64,000 nucleotides of DNA from Eledone cirrhosa (lineage: Eukaryota), in the NCBI GenBank assembly GCA_964016885.1, contig OZ024743.1:369086001-369150000 (forward strand), in the 5' to 3' direction. Below, in pieces: positions 63,435-64,000 of the stretch. The stretch's first letter is position 1, and each line of letters opens with the position of its first letter. The position numbers and the translations under genes were made by a program. Under the pieces are notes generated by a model, which was not told the origin of the DNA, searched no databases, and was given only the letters and a program-made list of their open reading frames with translations.

Positions 63435-64000
63435 GGAATGTCGAAAACGTGTAACTAGAATCCTAATCAATTAGAACATTTAGGGTACATAGTTGTTATT
63501 AGTGTCAAAGGCATCACGTCGAGAGTCAGGAGTTAAAAAGATGTTCCACTTGAAACAACACAATTACAGGCAGCACTGGTTGGAAGTGTAATAAGTATAA
63601 GTAAAAGTAAAAAGCACAAGCAAAAAAATCACAAGCAAAAAAAACACAGGGAAAGAAGTTATAAGCAAGGACAATTGGTGTACAATTGGTGGACAATTGA
63701 GCCAATACAGTCAATAAGGCATGTATGAGGAAAGAGTTATAATGCAGTTGAAGTACACATATTTTGTGTGGGGTGTTATAGCATGTTATAATTGTTATAA
63801 ATGTTTAAGATAGTGTGCAATTTGTTAGAGAGGCATGTGGTGATAATGGAGGTATTTTTATGTAAGGTGTAATGTAAAGCACATGATAGCGTTGGGTATG
63901 TGATTTTCATTTAAGTGTTTTTGTGTTGTAGTTCGTATGTATGTGTGTATGTTGTTTGTTACTCACAGCTATTAATCATGGGATTATTTTAAGTCGTTTA

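Overview
AT-rich, repeat-dominated eukaryotic DNA. The SINE, LINE and microsatellite repertoire strongly suggests a coleoid cephalopod, probably Octopus (inference). No host protein-coding gene can be supported. The window is a mosaic of retroelements and DNA transposons. It holds one apparently intact RTE-clade LINE (1060-aa APE-RT ORF with a PHD-type zinc finger inside the RT) plus many truncated relatives, two tandem Tx1-type LINEs in (GATA)n, two R4/Dong-type LINEs in (TAA)n (one with a nested LTR remnant), a CRE-like LINE, a Vingi-like fragment, a maT-like Tc1/mariner, Tc2- and piggyBac-type MITEs, and tRNA-derived SINEs. The most interesting signal is invisible to the ORF track: four sequence-unrelated elements each carry a minimal type I hammerhead ribozyme motif with a (near-)palindromic stem III. 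Three of them sit in or beside tandem/inverted (Penelope pseudo-LTR or retrozyme-like) structures and begin directly after the (GAT)n tail of an RTE LINE or RTE-tailed SINE.
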